From assembly GCF_000260965.1 (NCBI RefSeq), contig NC_017856.1:2370001-2402000 (forward strand): a stretch of DNA of 32,000 nt. Reading direction: 5' to 3'. Made by a program: the position numbers and the translations under genes. This document shows, one piece after another, positions 9,868-20,400 of the stretch; the first letter of the stretch is position 1; the number at the start of each line of letters is the position of its first letter. The DNA comes from Methylophaga frappieri. GTDB taxonomy: Bacteria; Pseudomonadota; Gammaproteobacteria; Nitrosococcales; Methylophagaceae. Under the pieces are notes generated by a model. That model was not told the DNA's origin. It did not search any database and saw only the letters and a list, made by a program, of their open reading frames with translations.

Positions 9868-10232
9868 TAAACAGTACTCCGTTGAAATCCGGCCTGTTGT
9901 AAACGCTGCAAATACGTTTGCCACTTATGCTCGTATTGCGTTGCCAGCTCGTATAAATAATCCCAGGTAAACAAGCCACTGTCATGACCATCATCAAAAT
10001 AGATCTTGATGGCGTAATGACCAACAGGCTCTATCTTAAGGATCGCCACCGACTCTTTGTTGGTTTGCAAAACGTCTTGTCCGGGACCATGGCCTTGTAC
10101 TTCTGCTGAAGGAGAGTGCACCCGTAAATATTCAGCAGACAAATGAAAATGCTGTGCGTCGTAGCTCAGTGACAACTGGCGCGATTTCTGGTGAAGCGTA
10201 ATATCAGTTGGTATGGGCATTTTTGCCATCAT
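9867..10232 (-). CDS. DUF971 (gamma-butyrobetaine hydroxylase N-terminal-like) family protein
   Basis: About 120 aa, with [14 protein letters not shown]...[30 protein letters not shown], characteristic of DUF971. Its stop overlaps the ubiE start (TAATG). The start could be 10232, 10229 or 10220. Confidence 0.8.
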   Translation of the reverse strand: MMAKMPIPTDITLHQKSRQLSLSYDAQHFHLSAEYLRVHSPSAEVQGHGPGQDVLQTNKESVAILKIEPVGHYAIKIYFDDGHDSGLFTWDYLYELATQYEHKWQTYLQRLQQAGFQRSTV

Positions 10233-10238
10233 GTTTGG

Positions 10239-11561
10239 TTATAAAATATAACGTGACAAATCTTCATCTTGTGCCAGCTCACCCAGTTGGGCATTGACGT
10301 AGTCGGCATCGACAGTAAAACGTTGGTCAGCTTGCTCACCAGCCTGATAAGAAATCTCTTCCAAGAGTTTTTCAAGCAAAGTATGTAATCGTCTGGCACC
10401 AATATTCTCAGTTTTTTCATTAACGTCATACGCCAGTTCGGCAAGGCGATGAATACCATCATCAGTAAACTCAAGGCTAACGCCCTCGGTTGCCAGTAAG
10501 GCAACGTATTGTTCAGTGAGTGAGGCATTTGGTTCAGTCAGAATTCGGACAAAGTCTTCCGCTTTCAGTGCATTAAGCTCAACCCGGATCGGCAACCGAC
10601 CTTGAAGCTCTGGAATTAAGTCTGCCGGTTTGCTCAAATGAAAAGCACCAGATGCAATGAAGAGTATATGGTCCGTTTTCAGCATGCCGTATTTCGTTGA
10701 AACACTACTGCCTTCAACTAAAGGCAATAAATCTCGCTGCACGCCGGCACGTGACACATCGGCTGAGCTACCGCCTTCATTACGACCGGTAATTTTGTCA
10801 ATTTCATCGAGAAAAACAATACCATGCTGTTCGACTAATTGAATGACTTCAGATTTCAAATCATCTTCATTAACAAGCTTGGCGGCTTCCTCGTCAGTTA
10901 ACAATTTTAATGCCTTAGCGACGGCTACCTTGCGTTTGCTGCGCCGTTCACGGCCCATGTTTTGAAACATGTCTTGAATTTGGCTGGTTAATTCCTCCAT
11001 GCCGGGTGGTGTCATGATTTCAACACCCGCCTGTGGTTGACTCAGTTCCAATTCTATTTCGCGATCATCTAGTTTACCTTCACGCAGCATCTTGCGAAAT
11101 TTTTGCCTTGTTTCTGAACTCGTCTCTGCTTCACTGCCTCTGGCAGGTGTCAGAAGTGAATCTAAAACGCGCTCTTCAGCGGCATCTTCAGCAAGCGGTC
11201 TAGCGCGTCGGATGGCCTTTTCACGTAGCATTTTCATCGCACTTTCAGCTAAATCTCGAATTATCGATTCGACATCCCGTCCAACATAACCGACTTCGGT
11301 AAACTTGGTCGCTTCAACCTTGATAAAAGGCGCGTTCGCTAAGGATGCCAAGCGACGTGCAATTTCTGTTTTCCCCACCCCTGTTGGGCCAATCATCAAA
11401 ATATTTTTTGGCGTAACTTCATGTTGTAATTCAGGGGTTAACTGTAGTCGACGCCAGCGATTTCTGAGCGCAATGGCAACAGCGCGTTTGGCTTCTTGCT
11501 GACCGACAATATGCTTATCCAGTTCGTGAACAATTTCTTTTGGCGTAAATGCGTGACTCAT
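10239..11561 (-). CDS. hslU: ATP-dependent protease ATPase subunit HslU
   Basis: 440 aa with [16 protein letters not shown], Walker [16 protein letters not shown], the [10 protein letters not shown] motif and the C-terminal ...EDLSRYIL. Confidence 0.97.
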   Translation of the reverse strand: MSHAFTPKEIVHELDKHIVGQQEAKRAVAIALRNRWRRLQLTPELQHEVTPKNILMIGPTGVGKTEIARRLASLANAPFIKVEATKFTEVGYVGRDVESIIRDLAESAMKMLREKAIRRARPLAEDAAEERVLDSLLTPARGSEAETSSETRQKFRKMLREGKLDDREIELELSQPQAGVEIMTPPGMEELTSQIQDMFQNMGRERRSKRKVAVAKALKLLTDEEAAKLVNEDDLKSEVIQLVEQHGIVFLDEIDKITGRNEGGSSADVSRAGVQRDLLPLVEGSSVSTKYGMLKTDHILFIASGAFHLSKPADLIPELQGRLPIRVELNALKAEDFVRILTEPNASLTEQYVALLATEGVSLEFTDDGIHRLAELAYDVNEKTENIGARRLHTLLEKLLEEISYQAGEQADQRFTVDADYVNAQLGELAQDEDLSRYIL

Positions 11562-11569
11562 GAGTTTAG

Positions 11570-12109
11570 TTATATATCCAGCGTTTCAATAGTAAGGTGG
11601 TGATTTGTGTAGATGCAGATGTCTGCAGCGATATTCAAGCCCTTTTCGACAATCTCTCTAGCAGATAAATCCGTATTTTGCATCAGCGCCGTTGCCGCTG
11701 CTTGGGCAAATGGTCCGCCGGAACCAATTGAAATCAAACCATGCTCAGGTTCGATGACATCACCATTGCCTGAAATAATGAGCGAGGCATCGGCATTGGC
11801 AACAGCCAGTAGGGCTTCGAGACGACGCATCATTCTATCTGTCCGCCAATCTTTAGCGAGTTCTAAAGCGCTTCGTGTCAGGTTGCCCTGATGTTTTTCT
11901 AATTTCGCCTCAAACCGTTCAAATAAGGTAAACGCATCTGCAGTGCCGCCAGCAAAGCCAGCAATAACTTGGTTATGATAAAGACGTCGCACTTTGCGGG
12001 CGTTGCCCTTCATAATCGTATTGCCAAGACTGACCTGGCCATCACCGCCGATAACGACTTGATTGCCGCGACGATATGACAAAATCGTTGTGCCACGATA
12101 TTGCTCCAT
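11570..12109 (-). CDS. hslV: ATP-dependent protease subunit HslV
   Basis: The ATG at 12109 is preceded by GAGGAG. The product [44 protein letters not shown]... has a short pro-segment before the catalytic Thr, as I recall for many beta/gamma HslV proteins. The upstream ATG at 12121 overlaps the SD. Confidence 0.93.
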   Translation of the reverse strand: MEQYRGTTILSYRRGNQVVIGGDGQVSLGNTIMKGNARKVRRLYHNQVIAGFAGGTADAFTLFERFEAKLEKHQGNLTRSALELAKDWRTDRMMRRLEALLAVANADASLIISGNGDVIEPEHGLISIGSGGPFAQAAATALMQNTDLSAREIVEKGLNIAADICIYTNHHLTIETLDI

Positions 12110-12219
12110 GAAACTCCTCAATGATTTAATCGTGAATAAAAGTGAATCAGTATACTATGTAGAGTCACTCGGCGCAGCGTCATAGCCAGTCGAAAATGCC
12201 TCTAAATGCAATATAGTGG

Positions 12220-12248
12220 TTGACAGTGAGCAGGCTTTTACGGAAAAT
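12220..12248 (+). promoter_or_regulatory. Putative sigma70 promoter of the tRNA-tufB operon
   Basis: TTGACA (12220-12225), a 17-nt spacer, then GAAAAT (12243-12248), followed by a GC-rich discriminator GCCACG about 8 nt before tRNA-Tyr. Pattern match only. Confidence 0.4.
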
Positions 12249-12262
12249 GCCACGTCTTTAGT

Positions 12263-12347
<85 letters not shown>

Positions 12348-12371
12348 TTTATATTTAAGCGAGTTACATTG

Positions 12372-12445
12372 GCGGGTGTAGTTCAATGGTAGAACTCCAG
12401 CCTTCCAAGCTGGTTGTGTGGGTTCGATTCCCATCACCCGCTCCA
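12372..12445 (+). tRNA. tRNA-Gly (anticodon TCC), CCA encoded
   Basis: Acceptor stem GCGGGTG/CACCCGC, anticodon stem-loop CCAGC-CTTCCAA-GCTGG, TPsiC arm GTGGGTTCGATTCCCAT. Confidence 0.95.
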
Positions 12446-12463
12446 GTTTTTTTTGGGGGTCAA

Positions 12464-12539
12464 GCCCGTATAGCTCAGTCGGTAGAGCGCATCCATGGTA
12501 AGGATGAGGTCATCAGTTCGATTCTGATTACGGGCTCCA
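12464..12539 (+). tRNA. tRNA-Thr (anticodon GGT), CCA encoded
   Basis: Acceptor stem GCCCGTA/TACGGGC, D-arm AGCTCAGTCGGTAGAGC, anticodon stem-loop CATCC-ATGGTAA-GGATG, TPsiC arm TCAGTTCGATTCTGA. Confidence 0.95.
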
Positions 12540-12568
12540 TAAAATTAGAGTGTAATTGATTTTGATTG

Positions 12569-12600
12569 GGCAGGGATAACCTTGCCTGTTTGATTTTTTA
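12569..12600 (+). other. Terminator-like hairpin plus T-rich tail between tRNA-Thr and tufB
   Basis: GGCAGGG (12569-12575) pairs with CCTTGCC (12580-12586), 7 bp with one G-T pair, around loop ATAA. It is followed by TGTTTGATTTTTT. Confidence 0.35.
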
Positions 12601-12632
12601 AATTTTAAAAAGTTATAGGCGGGAGACTGGTC

Positions 12633-13824
<1,192 letters not shown>

Positions 13825-13833
13825 CAAGTTTGG

Positions 13834-13858
13834 CAGCGAAGCGCATTGCGCTTCGCTG
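13834..13858 (+). other. Perfect 11-bp GC-rich hairpin after tufB, without a U-tract
   Basis: CAGCGAAGCGC, loop ATT, GCGCTTCGCTG. The next bases are TCGTGAG, which is not T-rich. It lies 18 nt upstream of tRNA-Trp. Confidence 0.45.
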
Positions 13859-13876
13859 TCGTGAGAGTTAAGTGAT

Positions 13877-13952
13877 AGGCCAGTAGCTCAATTGGCAGAG
13901 CGACGGTCTCCAAAACCGTAGGTTGGGGGTTCGATTCCCTCCTGGCCTGCCA
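13877..13952 (+). tRNA. tRNA-Trp (anticodon CCA), CCA end encoded
   Basis: Acceptor stem AGGCCAG/CTGGCCT, anticodon stem-loop ACGGT-CTCCAAA-ACCGT, TPsiC arm GGGGGTTCGATTCCCTC. Confidence 0.95.
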
Positions 13953-13989
13953 TTATTTTACTCTCACCAAGTGGACATAACAAAAAACC

Positions 13990-14328
13990 ATGGTGGATAA
14001 ACTTAAAATGATAGTCGCAGTCGCTCTTGTAGTGGCTGCGATTGCTTTGTTTTATGCCTTCTCGGAGGTGTCGACGTTATTGCGTGTATTGGGCCTGATT
14101 GCTGCAGTGGTAGTCGCTGTACTGATTGCGTCGAGAACATCTGCAGGTGCGGCGGCATTCTCATACATTGGCGATACCCAGACAGAAGTTAGAAAAGTGG
14201 TTTGGCCGACACGGCAAGAAACAATACAAACCACGATGGTGGTTATTTTGATGGTCATTGTTGTTGCAATCATGTTGTGGGCTTTTGATTCGCTGCTGGG
14301 TTGGGCAGTCCGCACGCTGACATTCTGA
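13990..14328 (+). CDS. secE: Preprotein translocase subunit SecE
   Basis: 112 aa with three hydrophobic helices and the conserved [13 protein letters not shown] motif before the last TM. Canonical position between tRNA-Trp and nusG. Confidence 0.93.
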   Translation: MVDKLKMIVAVALVVAAIALFYAFSEVSTLLRVLGLIAAVVVAVLIASRTSAGAAAFSYIGDTQTEVRKVVWPTRQETIQTTMVVILMVIVVAIMLWAFDSLLGWAVRTLTF

Positions 14329-14341
14329 GGCAGGGGTAAAG

Positions 14342-14875
14342 ATGAGTAAGCGTTGGTATGTCATTCAGGCCTATTCTGGATTTGAGGCACAAGTAAAGCG
14401 GTCTTTGGAAGAGCGAATTAATCGACTGGGCTTGCAAGAAAAGTTTGGCGATATTCTGGTGCCGACAGAAGAAGTCGTCGAGATGAAGGAAGGTCAAAAG
14501 CGGAAAAGTGAACGCAAGTTTTTCCCCGGTTACGTATTAGTCAATATGGAAATGGATGACGAAACGTGGCACGTGGTAAACGATCTGCCCCGCGTTCTCC
14601 GCTTTATTGGCGGTACGGGTGACCGTCCTGCGCCAATCAGCGAAGCAGAAGCCAATACCATTCTGCAACGCGTTCAGGATACGGCGGAAAGTCCACGTCC
14701 GAAAGTCTTGTTCGAGCCGGGTGAAGTGGTTCGTGTGACTGATGGGCCTTTCAATGACTTCACCGGTGTTGTTGAAGAAGTGAATTATGAAAAAAGTCGA
14801 TTGCGTGTCGAGGTGGTTATTTTTGGCCGCTCAACACCAGTTGAGCTTGAGTTTAGTCAGGTAGCTAAAGGCTAA
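14342..14875 (+). CDS. nusG: Transcription termination/antitermination factor NusG
   Basis: 177 aa: [13 protein letters not shown]..., FPGYVLV, and a KOW region [21 protein letters not shown]. Confidence 0.97.
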   Translation: MSKRWYVIQAYSGFEAQVKRSLEERINRLGLQEKFGDILVPTEEVVEMKEGQKRKSERKFFPGYVLVNMEMDDETWHVVNDLPRVLRFIGGTGDRPAPISEAEANTILQRVQDTAESPRPKVLFEPGEVVRVTDGPFNDFTGVVEEVNYEKSRLRVEVVIFGRSTPVELEFSQVAKG

Positions 14876-14892
14876 TCTGATATTGTTAAATT

Positions 14893-14920
14893 CGGGGAGC
14901 CGCAAGGCGCTTGCACCCGG
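14893..14920 (+). promoter_or_regulatory. Possible L1 autoregulatory mRNA structure in the rplK leader
   Basis: CGGG/CCCG outer helix, an asymmetric internal loop (GAGCC versus A), and inner hairpin GCAAG-GCG-CTTGC, immediately before SD TAAGGAG. The GGGAG-containing two-helix shape resembles the L1 binding site known in E. coli. Not verified by alignment. Confidence 0.3.
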
Positions 14921-14932
14921 TAAGGAGTAAAA

Positions 14933-15367
14933 ATGGCGAAGAAAATTCAAGCCTATATCAAGCTGCAGGTTGCAGCGGGCCAGGCAAATCCAAGTCCACC
15001 GGTTGGTCCTGCATTGGGTCAGCATGGTGTTAATATCATGGAGTTTTGTAAAGCGTTTAACGCTAAAACACAAAACTTAGAGCCGGGCTTACCAACACCC
15101 GTTGTTATTACGGTTTATAACGATAAGAGTTTTACTTTTATTACTAAAACGCCGCCGGCTTCGATCCTGCTGAAAAAAGCGGCAGGTATTAAGTCTGGTA
15201 GTGCGCGTCCAAATACAGACAAAGTTGGCACAGTCAGCCGTGCGCAATTGGAAGAGATTGCGAATACTAAAATGCCTGACTTGTCGGCAGCTGATCTGGA
15301 TGCGGCAGTGCGTACTATCGCAGGCACCGCTCGTAGCATGGGTCTGAAAACTGAGGGGGTTGAGTAA
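14933..15367 (+). CDS. rplK: 50S ribosomal protein L11
   Basis: 144 aa: [43 protein letters not shown]... Confidence 0.98.
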   Translation: MAKKIQAYIKLQVAAGQANPSPPVGPALGQHGVNIMEFCKAFNAKTQNLEPGLPTPVVITVYNDKSFTFITKTPPASILLKKAAGIKSGSARPNTDKVGTVSRAQLEEIANTKMPDLSAADLDAAVRTIAGTARSMGLKTEGVE

Positions 15368-16059
15368 TGGCTGCGCTGGGTAAAAGAGGCCGTGCTATTC
15401 GTGAGCAATTAAAGGCCGGACAAGTATTTGAATTAAACGAAGCATTGCAGTTCGTTAAAGACAATGCCTCTGCTAAATTTGTCGAGTCAATTGACGTTGC
15501 TGTTAACCTGGGTGTTGATCCACGTAAATCAGATCAAGTCGTACGTAGTTCAACAGTCATGCCAAATGGCACGGGTAAAACCGTACGCGTTGCCGTATTT
15601 GCTCAAGGTGCGAATGCGGATGCGGCTAAAGAAGCCGGTGCGGATGTGGTTGGCTTTGACGATTTGGCCGAAGACATCAAAAAAGGCAATATGGATTTTG
15701 ATGTGGTGATTGCGACACCGGACGCTATGCGTATCGTGGGTACTTTGGGCCAAGTTTTGGGGCCGCGTGGCTTAATGCCGAATCCTAAGGTGGGCACCGT
15801 AACACCAAATGTCGCCGAGGCAGTTAAAAACGCCAAAGCGGGTCAGGTTCGTTACCGGACTGACAAAGCAGGCATCATCCATTGCCCTATTGGCAATGCG
15901 CAATTTGATGTTGAAGCTTTGCGTCAAAACCTGGTTGCCTTGCTGGATGATCTGAATAAATTGAAACCAACATCTGCTAAAGGCACGTACATCAAGAAAA
16001 TTAGTCTATCCAGCACTATGGGCGCTGGTGTCATTGTTGATAAAGCGTTCCTTGGTTAA
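15367..16059 (+). CDS. rplA: 50S ribosomal protein L1
   Basis: 230 aa with [23 protein letters not shown] and [36 protein letters not shown] overlap with rplK. Confidence 0.98.
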   Translation: MAALGKRGRAIREQLKAGQVFELNEALQFVKDNASAKFVESIDVAVNLGVDPRKSDQVVRSSTVMPNGTGKTVRVAVFAQGANADAAKEAGADVVGFDDLAEDIKKGNMDFDVVIATPDAMRIVGTLGQVLGPRGLMPNPKVGTVTPNVAEAVKNAKAGQVRYRTDKAGIIHCPIGNAQFDVEALRQNLVALLDDLNKLKPTSAKGTYIKKISLSSTMGAGVIVDKAFLG

Positions 16060-16267
16060 TGATTAAGAATTGGACCGCCCGGCTGATTTTGGCCGGGTCG
16101 TCTAAGACCGCAGGCATGAAAATTTAATTGATCATTATGATCAACCTGCGCAGACGGGTTCAGCTGCAGAATATCTGATGGTTGGATACCGTAAAAGGGG
16201 GAAGTGGCAACACTTCCAGTTAGCAACACTTTACTGTCGATTGACAGTGAACCTAAGGAGGTCTTAG
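16060..16267 (+). promoter_or_regulatory. rplA-rplJ spacer: probable L10 operon leader/promoter region
   Basis: A 208-nt untranslated spacer with several stems (for example CCCGGC/GCCGGG at about 16078-16097). The equivalent E. coli spacer holds the L10 promoter and the L10(L12)n translational operator. No direct sequence match claimed. Confidence 0.4.
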
Positions 16268-16795
16268 GTGGCTTTAAATCTTGAAGGAAAAAAGGCCGTC
16301 GTTGCTGAGGTTGCTGAAGTCGCATCAAGTGCATTTTCTGCGGTTGCCGCAGAATATCACGGCTTGAGTGTGTCAGAAATGACCGCCCTGCGTGTTGAGG
16401 CGCGTAAACAAAATGTTTATTTACGCGTTATTCGTAACACGCTGGCGCGTCGTGCAGTCGAAGGGACTGATTTTGCCTGTATGCAAGAAGGCATGACTGG
16501 TCCGCTAGTATTCGGTTTTTCTATGGAAGATCCGGGTGCCGTTGCACGCGTGATGAGCGACTTTGCAAAAGACAACAAAAAACTCGATGTCAAAATGGTT
16601 TCGTTGGGAGGCAAATTATTTCCTGCTTCTGAACTGGAACGTTTGGCGAAAATGCCGACCAAAGATCAAGCAATCAGCATGTTCATGGGTACGCTTAAAG
16701 CACCAGTCGAGAAATTTGTTCGTACGTTGCAAGCACCAACCAGCAAAATGGTTCGTACTTTCGCGGCTGTCCGCGATGCTAAACAAGCTGCTTAA
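16268..16795 (+). CDS. rplJ: 50S ribosomal protein L10 (GTG start)
   Basis: SD AAGGAGG lies 8 nt upstream of GTG 16268. The 175-aa product MALNLEGKKAVVAEVAEVA...AAVRDAKQAA is collinear with E. coli L10 except for about 10 extra residues near the C-terminus. Confidence 0.97.
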   Translation: MALNLEGKKAVVAEVAEVASSAFSAVAAEYHGLSVSEMTALRVEARKQNVYLRVIRNTLARRAVEGTDFACMQEGMTGPLVFGFSMEDPGAVARVMSDFAKDNKKLDVKMVSLGGKLFPASELERLAKMPTKDQAISMFMGTLKAPVEKFVRTLQAPTSKMVRTFAAVRDAKQAA

Positions 16796-16852
16796 TCCCG
16801 ATTCGTGGATTAGCATTAATTAATTCTGCAAGTTTGAAAATAGGTAAATATC

Positions 16853-17230
16853 ATGGCTGTATCTAAAGACGATATCTTGGAAGCGATTTCCAATATGACC
16901 GTTGTTGAGATCGTTGATCTTATCGAAGCAATGGAAGAAAAATTTGGTGTAACTGCGGCAGCACCTGTTGCTGCGGCTGCGGCTGCACCAGCTGCTGGTG
17001 GCGCTGCTGCTGAAGAGCAAACTGAATTTAACGTTGTTATGACTGGCTTTGGGGATAACAAAGTTGGCGTAATTAAAGTTGTTCGTGGCATTACCGGTCT
17101 GGGCCTGAAAGAAGCCAAAGACATGGTTGAAGGTGTTCCAGCCACTGTGAAAGAAGGTGTTGAAAAAGCGGAAGCTGAAGACATCTTGAAACAGCTGACT
17201 GAAGCGGGTGCAACTGCTGAAATTAAATAA
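16853..17230 (+). CDS. rplL: 50S ribosomal protein L7/L12
   Basis: 125 aa with an Ala-rich hinge and a C-terminal domain containing [22 protein letters not shown]. Confidence 0.98.
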   Translation: MAVSKDDILEAISNMTVVEIVDLIEAMEEKFGVTAAAPVAAAAAAPAAGGAAAEEQTEFNVVMTGFGDNKVGVIKVVRGITGLGLKEAKDMVEGVPATVKEGVEKAEAEDILKQLTEAGATAEIK

Positions 17231-17278
17231 GCAGCCCGTTATTATTAGTGGTTACAGTTTGACCACAAAATAGAAACT

Positions 17279-17308
17279 GGCTGGTGGCCTATGGCCACCG
17301 GCCTTTTT
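17279..17308 (+). terminator. Rho-independent attenuator/terminator in the rplL-rpoB spacer
   Basis: GGCTGGTGGCC (17279-17289) pairs with GGCCACCGGCC (17293-17303), 11 bp with one G-T pair, around loop TAT, followed by T5 (17304-17308). This is the same location as the known partial terminator in E. coli. Confidence 0.7.
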
Positions 17309-17351
17309 CCGTTGCAGGCCGATCGATAACCGGCCCTTATACATGACCCTG

Positions 17352-17379
17352 CCTGTATTTTGCGATACGTAAAAACAGG
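17352..17379 (+). other. Second long hairpin upstream of rpoB (processing-site or attenuator candidate)
   Basis: CCTGT-A-TTTTGCG, loop ATA, CGTAAAAACAGG. This gives 12 bp with one bulge and one G-T pair, followed by TGTTTCTT and then the rpoB SD GAGGTG. Confidence 0.4.
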
Positions 17380-17400
17380 TGTTTCTTCGAGGTGTAATAC

Positions 17401-20400
17401 ATGGCTTATACGTTTACCGAGAAAAAACGGATTCGTAAAGATTTTGGCAAGCGCTCTAGTGTTCTGACCGTCCCGAACCTGCTGGCAACGCAAGTCAATT
17501 CCTATCAGGATTTTCTGCAAATGGGTGTTGCAGCTGACGAGCGGGGCAGCGTGGGATTGCACGCCGCGTTTGAGTCAGTGTTCCCGATTAAAAGCCATAC
17601 CGGTATGGCTGAACTCCAGTATGTGAGCTATCGGCTTGGCGTGCCTACTTTTGACGTGAAAGAATGTCAATTACGGGGCGTCACCTATGCCGCACCTTTA
17701 AGAGTTAAAATGCGTCTGGTTATTTATGACAAAGACGCCCCTGCTAAACAAAAAGTCGTCAAAGACATTAAAGAGCAGGAAGTTTACATGGGTGAAATCC
17801 CGTTAATGACGGAGAAAGGTAACTTCGTTATCAATGGGACTGAGCGCGTTATTGTGTCGCAATTGCATCGCTCCCCAGGGGTTTTCTTTGATAGTGATAA
17901 AGGAAAAACCCATTCATCAGGCAAAATTTTATATAACGCACGGGTCATCCCTTATCGCGGTTCTTGGTTGGACTTCGAGTTTGATCCGAAAGATGCTGTC
18001 TTTGTACGTATTGACCGTCGCCGTAAGTTACCTGCAACCATCCTGCTCCGTGCCTTGGGTTACGGCAACCAGGAAATCCTAGAAATCTTCTTTGATAACG
18101 ACGTGTTTACCCGTCGTAAAGCAGGCTTTGAACTGGCGCTGGAACCACAGCGGCTGCGCGGCCAATCTGTGCCTTTTGATATTCTGAATAAAGAAGGCGA
18201 GGTCATCGTTGAAGCTGAGCGGCAAATAACGGGCCGCCACATTCGGCAGTTGGAAAAAGCCAATATGTCTGCGCTGTCTGTGCCGGAAGCGTATCTGGTT
18301 GGTAAAGTGATTGCGAAAGATGTCATCGATACCGATACAGGTGAGTTATTGGCAAATGCCAATGATGAAATCACCAGCGACATTCTGGAAAAATTCGAAC
18401 GCTTTGGTGTTGATAGTATTGAAACTATTTATGCGAATGATTTGGACCATGGTCCTTATATTTCTGACACCCTGCGTCTTGACGAAACCCGCACTGACCT
18501 GGAAGCAAAAGTCGAAATTTACCGGATGATGCGTCCCGGTGAGCCGCCAACAGAAGACGCGGCGGAAAACCTGTTCCAGAATTTATTCTTCACTCATGAT
18601 CGCTATGATTTGTCCAATGTCGGTCGGATGAAATTTAACCGCCGATTGGGTCGTGAAGAACTGGAAGGCGAAGGCACACTTTCTAAAGAAGACATCCTCG
18701 CGGTAATCAGTGAACTTATCTCGATTCGCAATGGTTTTGGCGTTGTCGATGATATTGATCATTTGGGTAATCGACGTGTTCGTAGCGTTGGTGAAATGGC
18801 TGAAAATCAATTCCGCGTTGGTCTGGTTCGGGTTGAACGTGCCGTGCGTGAACGGTTAAGCATTGCTGAATCAGAAGGCCTGATGCCACAGCAGTTGATT
18901 AATGCCAAACCGGTTGGCGCAGCGATTAAAGAGTTCTTTGGCTCAAGTCAGCTGTCGCAGTTTATGGATCAAAATAACCCCTTATCGGAAGTCACCCATA
19001 AACGTCGTGTTTCTGCATTAGGCCCGGGCGGTCTGACTCGTGAACGTGCTGGTTTTGAGGTTCGTGACGTACATCCCACGCACTATGGCCGAGTCTGCCC
19101 AATCGAGACACCGGAAGGTCCGAATATCGGCCTGATTAACTCGTTGGCTTGTTATGCACGTACCAATAAATACGGCTTCATCGAAACACCGTACCGGAAG
19201 GTTATTGATGGTAAGGCAACGGATGAAATCATCTATTTGTCGGCGATTGATGAAGGCGAATACAAAATTGCACAGGCGACGATTGCGTTAAATAGCGATA
19301 ACTCAATTGCTGATAATTTGGTGCCTTGTCGTTATCGGAATGAGTTTTCATTGACGCCATCTGAACAAGTTCAGTTGATGGACGTGTCGCCTCGTCAGGT
19401 TGTCTCTGTCGCGGCATCATTGATCCCATTCCTTGAGCATGATGATGCGAACCGGGCCTTGATGGGCTCGAACATGCAACGTCAGGCTGTTCCGACACTC
19501 CGTGCTGACAAACCGTTAGTTGGTACCGGAATGGAACGGGTTGTGGCTCAGGATTCTGGTGTCATGGTCACGGCGAAACGGGGTGGTGTGGTTGACTCCG
19601 TGGATGCGAGCCGGGTGGTTATTCGTGTTAATGATGACGAAACCGAAGGCAATGAATCCGGCGTTGATATTTACAACCTGATCAAATACGCACGCTCAAA
19701 TCAAAGCACCTGTATTAACCAACGGCCTATTGTCAAACCGGGCGATATTATTGGTAAAGGCGATACCCTTGCTGATGGTCCGTCGACCGATAAAGGTGAA
19801 TTGGCATTGGGTCAGAATATTCTGGTCGCTTTCATGCCGTGGAATGGTTATAACTTCGAAGATTCCATTCTTGTCTCTGAACGTGTCGTAGAAGAAGATC
19901 GTTTCACTACGATTCATATTCAGGAATTGAATTGCCTTGCTCGGGAAACAAAACTGGGCACAGAAGAAATTACCAGTGATATTCCAAACGTCAGTGAGAG
20001 TGCACTGGCCAAATTGGATGAATCCGGTATTGTTTATGTCGGTGCCGAAGTCAAACCGGGCGATATTCTGGTGGGCAAGGTGACGCCAAAAGGCGAAACG
20101 CAGTTGACACCAGAAGAAAAACTGCTGAGAGCGATCTTTGGTGAAAAAGCAGCGGATGTGAAAGATTCTTCACTTCGAGTCCCTTCTGGTACTTATGGCA
20201 CCGTCGTTGATGTTCAGGTATTCACCCGGGATGGCGTGGATAAAGATGAACGGACAGATCAAATCGAAAAAGCGGAACTTGAGAAAGTCTGGGCGGATCT
20301 GAAAGATCAACATCGCATCATGGTTGATGATGTGTTTTCACGACTGGAACGTAATTTAACCAACAAAGTTGCTAAAAAAGGCCCAGGCATTAAAAAAGGT

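Noticed and set aside
9868-9924. Longer ubiE start ([19 protein letters not shown]...).
   Set aside because: The extension overlaps the DUF971 gene and has no UbiE homology. The ATG at 9867 gives the canonical N-terminus and a TAATG coupling.
10229-10528. A 99-aa ORF overlapping the 3' end of hslU.
   Set aside because: It is an alternative frame inside hslU with no support.
12110-12121. Upstream hslV start (MRSF-).
   Set aside because: That ATG is part of the GAGGAG Shine-Dalgarno sequence, which serves the ATG at 12109.
16816-17184. A 122-aa ORF antisense to rplL.
   Set aside because: It is an artefact of the GCN-rich Ala hinge and of stop-poor antisense frames. Its product is low-complexity Ala/Pro/Ser/Thr sequence.
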